NCBI GenBank assembly: GCA_963674755.2
Contig: CAXXVS010000003.1
Location: 32,001 to 96,000, forward strand
DNA length: 64,000 nt
Direction: 5' to 3'
From: Desulfobacterales bacterium
GTDB lineage: Bacteria; Desulfobacterota; Desulfobacteria; Desulfobacterales; UBA5852
Of the stretch, positions 49,019 through 59,472 are shown in pieces. The position numbers and the translations under genes were made by a program. The notes under the pieces were generated by a model. It saw nothing but the letters and a program-made list of their open reading frames with translations, was not told the DNA's origin and made no database searches. Position 1 is the first letter of the stretch, and the number at the start of each line of letters is the position of its first letter.

Positions 49019-51880
49019 CTAGAATTTTGTGCTTTTTACTTCCTTTTGCGCCAGTTTCACGATTTTGGGCGTTAGGAAAATTAGCAATTCCTTTTGCTGA
49101 TCGGTTTTTGAACTGTATTTAAAAAGAAGGCCTAACCCGGGTATTTTACGCAACCCTGGAATACCATCCTCGCCTTCTGAAACAGTAGCTTTTATGATAC
49201 CTCCGATCACTATCGTTTCACCGTCTTCCAGCAACAATTCTGTGTTGGCCTGGTTGGTGGACAAGGGAGGATTTTCCACCAACAGGTCTACAACATCATC
49301 CTTTTGGACCTGAACCGCCAGCATTACCCGGTTATCTGGGGTCACTTTGGGCCGTACGCGCAGTTCCAGGTCAACATTTTTGAATTTTACGGATGACCCT
49401 CCAGCTGAATCCCGCTCAAGGTAGGCAATTTCAAAACCCTGCTTGATAACCGCCAACTTGCCATCAAGAGTTAGAATTTTTGGTGCGGAAATAATCCTCG
49501 TTTTTCCCTCCGACTCCCCTAATTGCAGGCGGGCATCGATGATATCAAACGATGTTCCGGAAAGTTTGCTCAGACCGAATCCAATCGAGCCATTATTAGA
49601 AGCTGTGGCAGGGATGTTATCAGACGTCATATCGATGCCGGTAACTTGGAAAACATCTCCCAGGTTGAAGCTACCAATACTGACGGTGCCCCAATCAAAA
49701 CCAATGTCCCTTGAGAAATCGGTATTGGCTTCGACAATGCGCGCTTCAATCAGTACCTGTGGCGTCACCTGATCCAAGATGCGAATAATCTCTCGAATTC
49801 GTTCGATCGCCTTTGGTATATCGTTAGCGATAATCATATTCTTGTCGATATCGACAGAAATAGTCCCTCGAGGGCTGAATTTACTGTCCCAGCCGACCTC
49901 ATTGGGCTCCTCACATGTTCTTGCCAGATGAGCGCAGGCCGTATCTCTAGCATTGATGTAGCTGCAAAGAAAGAACTCTGTGACTAATTCTTCTTCCTCG
50001 TCTTTTTTCCGCGATGCTTCGAGTTTTTCACTTTCAAGCTTTTCTTCTCGCGCCAGTGTCGCCTGAGTCGCTATTCTATATATGCCCTGGTCCATTTTGA
50101 GGCCCAGTTGGTTCATCCGCAGAACCAAGTCAAGGACCTGATCCCAAGGAACGGGCTTCTCGAAATTCAAGGTAACCTTTCCTGTAACATCCTTGTCAAT
50201 GGCGAAGTTTTGGCCGGATATTTCGCCGAGAATTCGAAAGACGTTTTTAATATCTGTGTCATAAAAGTTTAACGCAATTTTTTCGCCCGTGTATACCTTC
50301 TTTTTGGTGAGAATATTTTCGTCGACTCTCTTGACAACATTTCCTTCGTCCATAAGAACTTCATTAGCAAGCCCCCACTTTTTGGACTCTTCATTGCTTC
50401 TCGCTTGTGGGGTTGCAGTAACAGCCTCTGCGGCGCCTTGTTTCGCTTCTGTCGATGCAGATGACCCTGGAGGCGTGCCGGCGAGATCTGTTTGGCCGGC
50501 TTCTTTTCCACTGAGGGCTTTCTTCCACTCGGGTTCAGCAGTGGCTTCCAAGGGTTTTGGCGGGACCGTTGAAGGCGCAAACCTAATGAAGATAAAATTA
50601 GCATCCTGTTCAATCTCATAAGGGACCGCCTCTCGCAGTTCGAATACGATCACCGCATTATTTCCCATTTGAGGCGTCTGCACAGGCGTAATACGATCGA
50701 CGGCGCTCTCGAATCGCGTCGTGATAAGGGGGCGCTTTCGATATTGCGGTACCCGGGTATCAAACAACCTTAGTTGCAGCTTGCGGTCGTTAACCTGTTC
50801 CAGGTCATATCGAACCGCATCGGTCGTACCGATGCTTACGAGGGATTCACCGCCTTCCGCGCCAGTAAATTCGATTTTATTTAACCACGCCGGGGTTGTC
50901 TTCTGCTCTTTTTGCTTAACACCTTCCGTAATTGCCTCTCCAGGCTCATTTGCCGCTACTTGTTCCACCGTTGCAGGGACGATTAGATCTTCTCTAATGA
51001 TTGGTTGTTCTTCGCTGACACTGATCATAAGACCATTCTTTAATGGCTTGGAAGCAAATGAAGTCATGTAAGCACGATCAGTATCTAGTACGACCCTCAG
51101 CTTATCAGGATAACAGAAGTGGCGCAATCCAGTTACCCATTTTGAATCCACTTCAACCTTTTGCAAACCCTTATAAGGGCTTCCTATGTTGTAAATGTCA
51201 AAAACGATTCGGGGTGGATTATCGATGGTAAAGGCCGTATAGTCTTGAATCTGACCGTCCGCCACGACCAAGATATCAATCCCGTCTGTATGCTTTTGAA
51301 CATTAAAAGTGTCGATGCATGTCCCCTTTGGCGCAGTCGCAATATCGGCAGGCTCGTCTTCTATTTGGGCCTCCACATCAACAGCCGCATTCTCATCTGC
51401 CGATGCTTGATCAACGACTGCCTCCTTAGAAAAGGTGACAAAAATACCATTCTCTGACTGCTCAATGCTATATAGGACTTCTCTTTGCAGGGATACAGAT
51501 ATTTTAGCGGTTTGGCCGTCAGTAACAACCGTTGATGTATTGACATGCTCAACCGGATCAAGGTCAACATTATACTGGTTATTTAGTCCTTCAAGTTCAG
51601 TGCCTGGAAAATAGAAAGTCACCTCCGGCGGAGATGTCTTTCTTATATCCGAAAAGAGCAAATCAGGACTTCCCTCAATGGAAAGAAGTACGTTATTACC
51701 ATCTTCAGTGACTGCGATGTTGGTGATCTTCCTCAAGTCGTTGTTGGATAGATCGCCCGTATCTGTTGGAGTTGCTACTGGGTTTCCGGCGCATCCTAAA
51801 AATACAAATGACAGCATAATAATGCAACCGAAGGCAGCAGCAATTCTTGACCTGGCGTTGGTTGAGCCTATGAAGCGCAT
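49019..51880 (-). CDS. pilQ: Type IV pilus secretin with multiple AMIN domains
   Basis: Lipobox FLGC, AMIN repeats (PPRIVFDI, KLRVVLD), YTGEKIALNF, VPWDQVLD, QVLIEARIVEA, ELLIFLTPKIV. Confidence 0.96.
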   Translation of the reverse strand: MRFIGSTNARSRIAAAFGCIIMLSFVFLGCAGNPVATPTDTGDLSNNDLRKITNIAVTEDGNNVLLSIEGSPDLLFSDIRKTSPPEVTFYFPGTELEGLNNQYNVDLDPVEHVNTSTVVTDGQTAKISVSLQREVLYSIEQSENGIFVTFSKEAVVDQASADENAAVDVEAQIEDEPADIATAPKGTCIDTFNVQKHTDGIDILVVADGQIQDYTAFTIDNPPRIVFDIYNIGSPYKGLQKVEVDSKWVTGLRHFCYPDKLRVVLDTDRAYMTSFASKPLKNGLMISVSEEQPIIREDLIVPATVEQVAANEPGEAITEGVKQKEQKTTPAWLNKIEFTGAEGGESLVSIGTTDAVRYDLEQVNDRKLQLRLFDTRVPQYRKRPLITTRFESAVDRITPVQTPQMGNNAVIVFELREAVPYEIEQDANFIFIRFAPSTVPPKPLEATAEPEWKKALSGKEAGQTDLAGTPPGSSASTEAKQGAAEAVTATPQARSNEESKKWGLANEVLMDEGNVVKRVDENILTKKKVYTGEKIALNFYDTDIKNVFRILGEISGQNFAIDKDVTGKVTLNFEKPVPWDQVLDLVLRMNQLGLKMDQGIYRIATQATLAREEKLESEKLEASRKKDEEEELVTEFFLCSYINARDTACAHLARTCEEPNEVGWDSKFSPRGTISVDIDKNMIIANDIPKAIERIREIIRILDQVTPQVLIEARIVEANTDFSRDIGFDWGTVSIGSFNLGDVFQVTGIDMTSDNIPATASNNGSIGFGLSKLSGTSFDIIDARLQLGESEGKTRIISAPKILTLDGKLAVIKQGFEIAYLERDSAGGSSVKFKNVDLELRVRPKVTPDNRVMLAVQVQKDDVVDLLVENPPLSTNQANTELLLEDGETIVIGGIIKATVSEGEDGIPGLRKIPGLGLLFKYSSKTDQQKELLIFLTPKIVKLAQKEVKSTKF

Positions 51881-51885
51881 TCTTA

Positions 51886-52536
51886 TTAGTCTCCAGGAGG
51901 TTTCTGAAGTTTAAGTTCACGTTTACTAATAGTCATTTTGCCAAAATCATTCTGGGCTTTATTCTCGATAATAATACGATCTGGATCTATCGCCACCACG
52001 GTGCCTCTTTCGAGTCCGATCTTTGTTCCAATCTCGACTACATACCCTTTACCTGAGGCCTCTTCAACCAATGCACGTTTCTGATTTTTCGTCGTCACAA
52101 TTGCTGTGAGCTTCAATTGGGCCAAGTCAAGTTTCTCCAAAGGGGTTCTGGGCCGTTCGGGTTCCTTTGGCCTAGCAACTATGTCCTCGGGTTTTTTCTT
52201 TGTTTCCTCCTTAAAAAGAGGTGCAAAGGGATCGACCTTGCCGATTGGATTGTATGGCGTACGTTTGTTGACCGCATTGTCGGCGATCTCAGGCGATGGC
52301 TTGCCATCGGCCGGAGTACGGGGTTTGTCTTTGATATTCTCGTTTGGTTTTTCGTTTTTTTTGGCGATAGAAGCGATTTGCTTCGTAACTACTGGTTCTT
52401 TTGGTGTTGCCTTTTTACCCTCACATCCCAAAAGAACAAGAGCAAAGCACGCTGTCAAAATAATGGCTATGCGGTTTGCAGCTTTCAATCTGCCAATTCC
52501 TGATCGTTGAATTATCATGTTCAGCTCGATTTGCAT
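51886..52536 (-). CDS. pilP: Type IV pilus assembly lipoprotein
   Basis: Lipobox LLGC, YNPIGKVDPF, TPLEKLDLAQLKLTAI, GKGYVV..G..IG; start uncertain (52536 or 52518). Confidence 0.92.
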   Translation of the reverse strand: MQIELNMIIQRSGIGRLKAANRIAIILTACFALVLLGCEGKKATPKEPVVTKQIASIAKKNEKPNENIKDKPRTPADGKPSPEIADNAVNKRTPYNPIGKVDPFAPLFKEETKKKPEDIVARPKEPERPRTPLEKLDLAQLKLTAIVTTKNQKRALVEEASGKGYVVEIGTKIGLERGTVVAIDPDRIIIENKAQNDFGKMTISKRELKLQKPPGD

Positions 52537-52549
52537 ATCTGAAATAGGG

Positions 52550-53182
52550 TTACTTTTTCTTAAGCTTTTTCTCTGCGGGCTTAGCATTCGCCGGATTGGT
52601 CTCAATGAATTTATAGGTGACAGCTTCACAAGAAGTTATCAGCACCCCGGCCTTATCCCTACTCATCTGAATATTGCGAATATTCACTATTCGTGAAAGA
52701 TTTGCGACCTTATCGAAAAACTCGGCGACATTGTGGTATCCACCCTGTACCCGGATCGAGACGGGTATTTCCGCATAAAAATTTTTATTCACCTCATTCT
52801 GTGGCTGGAATAGAAGAAAATCCAGCCCTGCCTGTTGTCCCGATTGCGATATTCCTGTTAATAAAGATGAAATCTCTTCTTTTTCAGGAAGCGATTTCAT
52901 CACCAGGTTGAAATCGCGTTGTTTAGACTCGAATTCCTTTCGAAGGGATTCGAGTTGCTGCGCATTCTTTTTAGAGCGTTCTAGGTCGGCCGTAAGTCTT
53001 TTGTATTCTGAATCGAGCTTTCCAATGCTCTGCCATCTAGGCCAGTAAGATAGAAACCAGAACAGCACAAAGATCACTGCAAACACACCGACACATATCA
53101 TTATGCGTTGGACTTTTGAAAACTCACTTACACGATCGAACAGTGCGTCTAGTTGTTTTGATGAACCTATTGCTTTATTCAT
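52550..53182 (-). CDS. pilO: Type IV pilus assembly protein
   Basis: TM plus coiled coil, LPEKEEISSLL, FYAEIPVSI, GGYHNVAEFFD, LSRIVNI. Confidence 0.95.
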   Translation of the reverse strand: MNKAIGSSKQLDALFDRVSEFSKVQRIMICVGVFAVIFVLFWFLSYWPRWQSIGKLDSEYKRLTADLERSKKNAQQLESLRKEFESKQRDFNLVMKSLPEKEEISSLLTGISQSGQQAGLDFLLFQPQNEVNKNFYAEIPVSIRVQGGYHNVAEFFDKVANLSRIVNIRNIQMSRDKAGVLITSCEAVTYKFIETNPANAKPAEKKLKKK

Positions 53183-53198
53183 TATTTATACTCGTCAG

Positions 53199-53807
53199 CT
53201 ATTTTCGCTTTCCTTTTTGTTTGTTCTGGCTTGGTTCGGGATTGACAACTTCGAGAGCCGTTATTTCGAAGCTTTTCATATTTATATTACGAATTTGCTC
53301 TTGCTGTAATTTATTCAGCCGAACTTTTTCATACATTGGCGAATGGGGATCATTGAGTTTGGGCATTCCCTCTAAATTCGTGATAAAATTTGCCACCGTA
53401 TTATTATCTAGAGCGATGCCATCAACATTCATCTGATTACCCTCTATTTCCAAACTCGTCAGCCACATTCTTTCAGCAACAATTTCTCCTGTTAATTCAT
53501 CCAGAATATGGACAGGCAAAAAGCGCTGTTTTTCAAGGTCTTTAATGACATTTTGTCGCATTTCGAGATCTTGCAGCTTTTTACGAATTTCCTTAATTTC
53601 ATCGTTTTTCTGCTTATATAAAGCGAGTTCTTTCTTTGTATCCGTCACATTTGCCGTTAAGCGGGTCTGTTTGCTACCCAAATAGAAATGTACCCAGACC
53701 AGAACGATCATGACTAGCATTAGGCAGAGGAAAAATACCGATACTTGTTTACGGATGTTTTCCTTTTTTCGTGCAGCTCTAAACGGAAGTAAGTTTATAC
53801 GTATCAT
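53199..53807 (-). CDS. pilN: Type IV pilus assembly protein
   Basis: MIRINLLPFR, TM, coiled coil, MWLTSL. Confidence 0.95.
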   Translation of the reverse strand: MIRINLLPFRAARKKENIRKQVSVFFLCLMLVMIVLVWVHFYLGSKQTRLTANVTDTKKELALYKQKNDEIKEIRKKLQDLEMRQNVIKDLEKQRFLPVHILDELTGEIVAERMWLTSLEIEGNQMNVDGIALDNNTVANFITNLEGMPKLNDPHSPMYEKVRLNKLQQEQIRNINMKSFEITALEVVNPEPSQNKQKGKRK

Positions 53808-54859
53808 TTATCATCAACTCTTCTGATTGCCAGTCCCATACAGATAGCAGCCTGCGGCGCTATCTGCTGAATATAGGGCGAATCAAACGCATCATCATCT
53901 AATTGCATGTTCTGAAAAGGATTGATCATTTCTACATGCGCCGATGTCTCCGCCCCCAACAACTGCCGAAACTCCGCAATATTCGCTCCACCCCCACCTA
54001 ATACGATTCGCGTAATTTGGTCTTCCGGATAGGTAGAATAAAAAAAATCCAGGGCGCGTCGAATTTCGGTGCACCAATCCGCCACTACTGTCGATACAAT
54101 ATTCTTTAAATCTTCGCTTGAAATCTTATCCTGTTGGTCTCCCTGCTTCAGTTGTTCGGCTTCTTCTACCGAGCAGCCAATCAGTGAAACAATCTTTTGA
54201 TTTATCTGACCGCACCCCAATGCCACATCACGCATGAACACCGAAGCAGTACCCTTTAAAATGTTAAGCGATGTTTTGCTTGCCCCAATATCGATCAATG
54301 CTATATTCTCGCCCTGCGCATCGTAATTCATTTCAAATATATTCTGCAAGGCAAACGCTTCAACATCGATAATGCAGGGGTTGAGACCGGCCATGTTGAC
54401 CAAATTAATGTAATCGTTGACCATTTCCTTTTTGGCGGCCACCAGAAACACATTCATTTGGTTAGGATTATGCTCGCTTTCGCCTAGAATTTGAAAATCC
54501 AAATTCACATCGGCGATATCAAAAGGGATGTATTGTTCCGCCTCAAACTGTATGGTCTCCTGCAATTGTTCTTCCGGCATCGTCTGAACATTTATTTTTT
54601 TAACGATAACCGAATAACCACCTATCGAGACAGCGACATTACTTTCCTTAATATTGTAAGTTTTAAATAGTTGCTGGATTGCGTCTGCAACAGCTTCGGG
54701 ATCATTGATGGCCCCGTCTTCGATGGATCCGGAAGGGATGTCGATCATACCAAATTTCTTGAGAACCAGCCCTTTTTTGCCATCAACAACTTCTCCCGCT
54801 TTAATAGATCGGGAGCCGATGTCCAACCCAACTAATTGATTCTTTTTCCCAAACAGCAT
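53804..54859 (-). CDS. pilM: Type IV pilus assembly protein
   Basis: VGLDIGSRSIK, EAEQYIPF, LIDIGAS, LGGGGA, GLAIR. Confidence 0.97.
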   Translation of the reverse strand: MLFGKKNQLVGLDIGSRSIKAGEVVDGKKGLVLKKFGMIDIPSGSIEDGAINDPEAVADAIQQLFKTYNIKESNVAVSIGGYSVIVKKINVQTMPEEQLQETIQFEAEQYIPFDIADVNLDFQILGESEHNPNQMNVFLVAAKKEMVNDYINLVNMAGLNPCIIDVEAFALQNIFEMNYDAQGENIALIDIGASKTSLNILKGTASVFMRDVALGCGQINQKIVSLIGCSVEEAEQLKQGDQQDKISSEDLKNIVSTVVADWCTEIRRALDFFYSTYPEDQITRIVLGGGGANIAEFRQLLGAETSAHVEMINPFQNMQLDDDAFDSPYIQQIAPQAAICMGLAIRRVDDK

Positions 54860-54868
54860 GGATTTCTC

Positions 54869-55069
54869 TTATTCTTTAAAAATTTTATTTTTATCAGAGA
54901 GACTCAGGCCCAATGCCAATAGAATCTTCCTTTTCGTCTCCATTCTACACGGCAAGCCCCTCTCAATTCTTGATATCGTAATGGGTGAAACATTTGCATC
55001 CCTGGCCAACTCCGCTTTGCTCATCAGAAGGGACTCGCGAACTTCTCTCAGTGAGTTTTTGCCGCCCAT
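54869..55069 (-). CDS. Small XRE/Cro HTH protein
   Basis: LREVRESLLMSKAELARDANVSPITISRIERG; 9 bp upstream of pilM. Confidence 0.85.
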   Translation of the reverse strand: MGGKNSLREVRESLLMSKAELARDANVSPITISRIERGLPCRMETKRKILLALGLSLSDKNKIFKE

Positions 55070-55180
55070 TTAATTATCTACACAGTATTGAATGATTTAA
55101 AGTTATGCTTTCTAAGTGCTTACCCTGTAATTTTTGTTTACACCCTGCCCCTGTGAAGTCAAGCAAATTATGCGAAATTA

Positions 55181-55246
55181 ACATATAATTATATGTACTT
55201 ACTTCATATTGTACTCATGTATGGGGAAATTCACTAGATATTGTGC
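55181..55246. promoter_or_regulatory. Perfect 16-bp palindrome plus tandem NrdR-box-like sites
   Basis: ACATATAATTATATGT (55181-55196); TTACTTCATATTGTAC (55199-55214) and TCACTAGATATTGTGC (55231-55246), 32 bp apart. Confidence 0.5.
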
Positions 55247-55673
55247 TTTCTGACGCAGGCATCGATACAAATCGTTTTTTTTACCTAAAAACATGTGTCT
55301 GCTATTGCCCTTATCGGCCGCTTCCCGACTCGGGTTTACAATTTTTTTACCCTAAATTCGTCTATCCGCTCATAGGGGCACGGGGAGTGGACAATTTTTG
55401 GCTTTCACGATAAACAAGAGCTGTAGCCGGGCATGCCGGCATGTTGCGAGCTCTCCTCTATGCTGAACACACAGAGTGAGGTTCTATGATTGGGCACCTT
55501 ACAAAGGGTTTGAGATTCATGAAAGCGCTGCCAATAGGGATAATTTTTATTAGGCGATGAGGCCAACCACACCAAAAGCCTTAAAGTGTATTTGCTGTAG
55601 TTAAAAACCGATGCGCCATTGATTGATATTAACCAGGAATTTTTATTCCACTGTTGAACACTGCGCACAAGCC

Positions 55674-57101
55674 ATGCAACATCTAAAACTGAATCAGCGG
55701 GAACCCGGCAAGCCCTTCAGACTTGTCAAATATTTTACACTGACCAGTCTCGTAGTGGTTTTCGCCGGCGCAATCGTGCTTTCAGCGCTCAATATTCATT
55801 GGGCCCGCCAAATGCAAATTCAAAAGAACGAAGAATACGCCCTCCTGTTAATAGAAAACTTAAATCACCAGATATTCTTGCAATTCATCATTCCAACGAT
55901 CTTAAAGCAGGGATCCATCCATTTACGTGAACCTTCCCAGTATGAGCTTATGGATAAGGTCGTTCGCAGCACGCTGCACAGCTTTAATGTTGATATGGTC
56001 AATATATATGATCTCAACAATACGATTTCATACAGCCTTGATAAAAGTGTCATTGGCAAAAGAAACGCTGGAGGGACCTATTACCAGGATGCGCTGGACG
56101 GGCAGCGTCGAACACGATTGGAACAACGTGGCAATTTCCTTCAACTTTTATTTGGTATTCCCGATGAAAGCAAAATTATAACCTACGCCCCTTTACGCGC
56201 CGAAAAGCCTCTCTCACGAATTCCCGGGCCCGTCTTGGGGGTGGTTGAACTGGTCCAAGATATTTCCTCTGAATATCAAGCGATTTACCGCGTGCAGATC
56301 CGTGTCATTCTTACTTCAATAGCCGTTATGTTGATTCTCTTTCTTGTTCTATTGCTTGTTGTTAGGCGTGGGGAAGATATTATTGAAAAACGCGCTAGAG
56401 AGCGTCTTAAACTTGAGGAACAGCTCGCCCGTGCGAAGCACCTATCCAGCCTTGGGGAAATGACCGCCAGTATTTCCCATGAAATCCGGAATCCATTGGG
56501 CATCATTAAAAGTTCGGCTGAATTGCTCAAAAAGAAGCTTCAAAAACTTGATCCAACAAATCCTATGCCGGGCATTATCGTCGAGGAAGCTTCGCGCCTA
56601 AATGATATCATCACCGACTTTCTGAGCTTTGCCCGCCCTCCTCAGCCTACCTTGCGCCCAGGTCACCTCAGGCCTCTCGTCGAAAAAGCATTGCAACACC
56701 TTGCAAACGAAATCGAAGATCGCCAGGTCCTCATCAATACTCGGTTTGATGAAGGACTGAGTGCCGTGATGATGGACAACGACATGATCTACCAAGCCCT
56801 GCTTAATTTGCTGCTTAACGCCATGCAAGCGATTCAAACCCAAGGCCGTATCGACATAACAGTGACCGTTCAGGGCGAACAGGTAATGTTGATCCTACAG
56901 GATACCGGACCCGGCATTGACGAATCAATTCTCGATAAAATATGGGACCCTTTTTTCACTAAAAAGGAAAAAGGTACCGGACTCGGGCTGGGTATTGTTA
57001 AACAGATCCTGGAAGTTCATAAAGGCCAAATCCGTATTTCGAATGCTTCAAAAGGTGGGGCCCGTGTAGAAATACTCCTACCGATGTACACGGAGATATG
57101 A
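55674..57101 (+). CDS. Membrane sensor histidine kinase
   Basis: Two TM helices, SLGEMTASISHEIRNPLG, NLLLNAMQA, DTGPGI, GTGLGL. Confidence 0.93.
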   Translation: MQHLKLNQREPGKPFRLVKYFTLTSLVVVFAGAIVLSALNIHWARQMQIQKNEEYALLLIENLNHQIFLQFIIPTILKQGSIHLREPSQYELMDKVVRSTLHSFNVDMVNIYDLNNTISYSLDKSVIGKRNAGGTYYQDALDGQRRTRLEQRGNFLQLLFGIPDESKIITYAPLRAEKPLSRIPGPVLGVVELVQDISSEYQAIYRVQIRVILTSIAVMLILFLVLLLVVRRGEDIIEKRARERLKLEEQLARAKHLSSLGEMTASISHEIRNPLGIIKSSAELLKKKLQKLDPTNPMPGIIVEEASRLNDIITDFLSFARPPQPTLRPGHLRPLVEKALQHLANEIEDRQVLINTRFDEGLSAVMMDNDMIYQALLNLLLNAMQAIQTQGRIDITVTVQGEQVMLILQDTGPGIDESILDKIWDPFFTKKEKGTGLGLGIVKQILEVHKGQIRISNASKGGARVEILLPMYTEI

Positions 57102-58471
57102 AGATGGAAACCATTCTTATTGTCGATGATGAGAAGAACTATACGGCTGTATTGAGTGCTGTCCTGGAGGAAGAAGGGTTTGAAACCCTTACGGCCAATA
57201 GCGGCCAGGAAGCGCTGCAATTGTGCGAAAAGGAAGAAATCAGCCTGGTTCTCTCTGACATGAAGATGCCGGCGATGGATGGCCTTGAGTTGCTTGAAAA
57301 AATTAAAAAAAAGGCTCCCGACATGCCCGTGATCATCATGACCGCCCATGGCACTGTCGATAAAGCGGTGGAAGCCATGCAAAAGGGCGCCTACACCTTC
57401 ATTTTAAAGCCTTTCGAAAATGAACGTTTGGTGATGTATGCGCACAAAGCCTTAGAGCTCCAACGTCTTGTCAATGACAATCGTCGTTTGCAGGATGAAG
57501 TCGAATCCCAGTACAGCTTTGACAACATCATCGGCAAAAGTCAGTCGATGCAGAATGTTTTTAAAACAATTCGCAAAGTAGGTCCGACCGCGGCCACGGT
57601 TTTGATTGAAGGCGAAAGCGGAACGGGAAAAGAACTGGTAGCCAAATCGATTCATTTCAATAGTCCCCGACGCAATCGATCGATTATCACCGTCAATTGT
57701 GCGGCTTTGGCCGAAAGCTTGCTGGAAAGCGAATTGTTCGGTCATGAAAAAGGCGCCTTCACCGGCGCCATTGCCCGCAAAAAAGGGCGCTTTGAGCTGG
57801 CCGATGGCGGAACCGTTTTTCTCGACGAGATTGGAGAATTGTCTCTCAATCTGCAAGTAAAATTGTTACGGGTTCTTCAGGAAAAGACTATTGAACGCGT
57901 CGGCGGAACTTCCCCCATAAGGGTTGACATCCGCATTATTGCGGCCACCAATCGAAGCCTGAAAGATGAAATTGAAAAGGGCCGCTTTCGGGAAGATCTT
58001 TTCTATCGTCTGAATGTTGTGAAAATCGAGCTGCCGCCGCTTAAACAACGTCCCGAGGATATCCGCTTGCTAATCAACCATTTTGTTAACAAATACGGCT
58101 CCCTTCGCCCCTCCGAGTCCGTTGCCCCGAAGATTGATGCGGAAGTTGAAAGGGCTTTTTACGCCTACCACTGGCCCGGCAATGTACGGGAATTGGAAAA
58201 TATCATCGAGCGGGTCATGGTGCTATGTTCAGGGCCCACGATAACGATGGACGACCTGCCCAACGAATTTCGCGACAACCTCCACAATACCTTACATCTG
58301 GATGCCATTCCGGCCGATGCCCAGCTGTACGACACCTTGGCAATGGTAGAGAAAAAAATGATTGAACGGGCCATGCATATGACCGGCAATGTTCAAACGC
58401 GCGCCGCCGAAATATTGGGTATCGGAAAGAGCGGGTTGAATCAAAAACTCAAGAAATTCAACATGAATTGA
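57098..58471 (+). CDS. sigma54-dependent response regulator (NtrC/AtoC family)
   Basis: [34 protein letters not shown] overlap with the kinase. Confidence 0.95.
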   Translation: MKMETILIVDDEKNYTAVLSAVLEEEGFETLTANSGQEALQLCEKEEISLVLSDMKMPAMDGLELLEKIKKKAPDMPVIIMTAHGTVDKAVEAMQKGAYTFILKPFENERLVMYAHKALELQRLVNDNRRLQDEVESQYSFDNIIGKSQSMQNVFKTIRKVGPTAATVLIEGESGTGKELVAKSIHFNSPRRNRSIITVNCAALAESLLESELFGHEKGAFTGAIARKKGRFELADGGTVFLDEIGELSLNLQVKLLRVLQEKTIERVGGTSPIRVDIRIIAATNRSLKDEIEKGRFREDLFYRLNVVKIELPPLKQRPEDIRLLINHFVNKYGSLRPSESVAPKIDAEVERAFYAYHWPGNVRELENIIERVMVLCSGPTITMDDLPNEFRDNLHNTLHLDAIPADAQLYDTLAMVEKKMIERAMHMTGNVQTRAAEILGIGKSGLNQKLKKFNMN

Positions 58472-58656
58472 CATCCGGGCCATGGCCCCACGGCGACAAC
58501 ATGGTCAACGCTACACCACGTGCAGACCTGTAGGATCTTAGGGGGGAGTGGGGCGCCCCCTCGCGCAGAGCCCCACCGGAGTGTATCGCCTATCGGTTGC
58601 CGGGAAAGCAACGCCCTGTCCGGCAGGTTCAATGTATGGCCTGGCAGCAGAGGGGC

Positions 58657-59349
58657 TCAGCTTCCGGCTTCATCCGCGATCATGCCGGCATACATGGACT
58701 GCGGATAATCTTCCTTGAGCGTCTGTATTGTCTTCGCGTACGCCGTTTCCTGCTTCGTTCTATGATAAAGCAGGGACAGCTGGTAGAGGGCATCGGCTTT
58801 AAAAACCGGATTAGGGCCGTCAACGAGGGCGGCAAAAGCCGCAATCGCTTTTTCATTCTGGCCTGCCGCCGCTTGGGCATACCCCAGCCCGCTCCTGGCG
58901 GCCGATGCCGCAAAGGAATTTTCCGGATAGAGCCTAAGCGCTTCCTCATATTGGGTTGCCGCTGCTTCCGGGCGGCCGGCAAGATAGTTCATCTGGGCGA
59001 AAATCAAGCGGGCTTCGGCCCCGGCCCGACGGTCCCCGTATTTCGTAAACAGCGTTTCGAAATCCGGTGTTACGGCCTCTAACGCTTTGACCGGATCTAG
59101 GCTATCACGTTCCGCCGCAAAATGAACCATGGCCTGGTTAAGCAAAACGAACGCCTGCTCCTCGGCCTTTTTACTAAAATAGCTGGCCGCCAGAGCACCG
59201 GACAGGGCGATGAACAGGATCACGACGACAGCGCTGATCGGTTTCCAGTTGGTTTTTATCTTTTCCAGCATCCTGGATGTCAACGTCAGAAATTCGTCCG
59301 GTTTATCAAGATCACGCTTGCGCGCCCTGGAAATCCGCTTCTGCGCCAT
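58657..59349 (-). CDS. YfgM-like membrane-anchored TPR protein
   Basis: DLDKPDEFLT, single TM, TPR helices; GGGAGGA RBS before ATG 59349. Confidence 0.82.
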   Translation of the reverse strand: MAQKRISRARKRDLDKPDEFLTLTSRMLEKIKTNWKPISAVVVILFIALSGALAASYFSKKAEEQAFVLLNQAMVHFAAERDSLDPVKALEAVTPDFETLFTKYGDRRAGAEARLIFAQMNYLAGRPEAAATQYEEALRLYPENSFAASAARSGLGYAQAAAGQNEKAIAAFAALVDGPNPVFKADALYQLSLLYHRTKQETAYAKTIQTLKEDYPQSMYAGMIADEAGS

Positions 59350-59472
59350 GCCATTCCTCCCAATTTCGGTGTCTATCCAGAAGTGGTAGATTTTGGTTCC
59401 GGCCGGGGCCGAACGGTACCATTTATAGAAAGACACGATTTACGCACAGGCCATCCCTGCGCAGCCATTCTC

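Noticed and set aside
55674..58471. Naming this pair pilS/pilR
   Set aside because: Proximity to pilM is suggestive, but the kinase has a two-TM periplasmic layout unlike multi-TM PilS, and I found no pilA or sigma54 promoter nearby.
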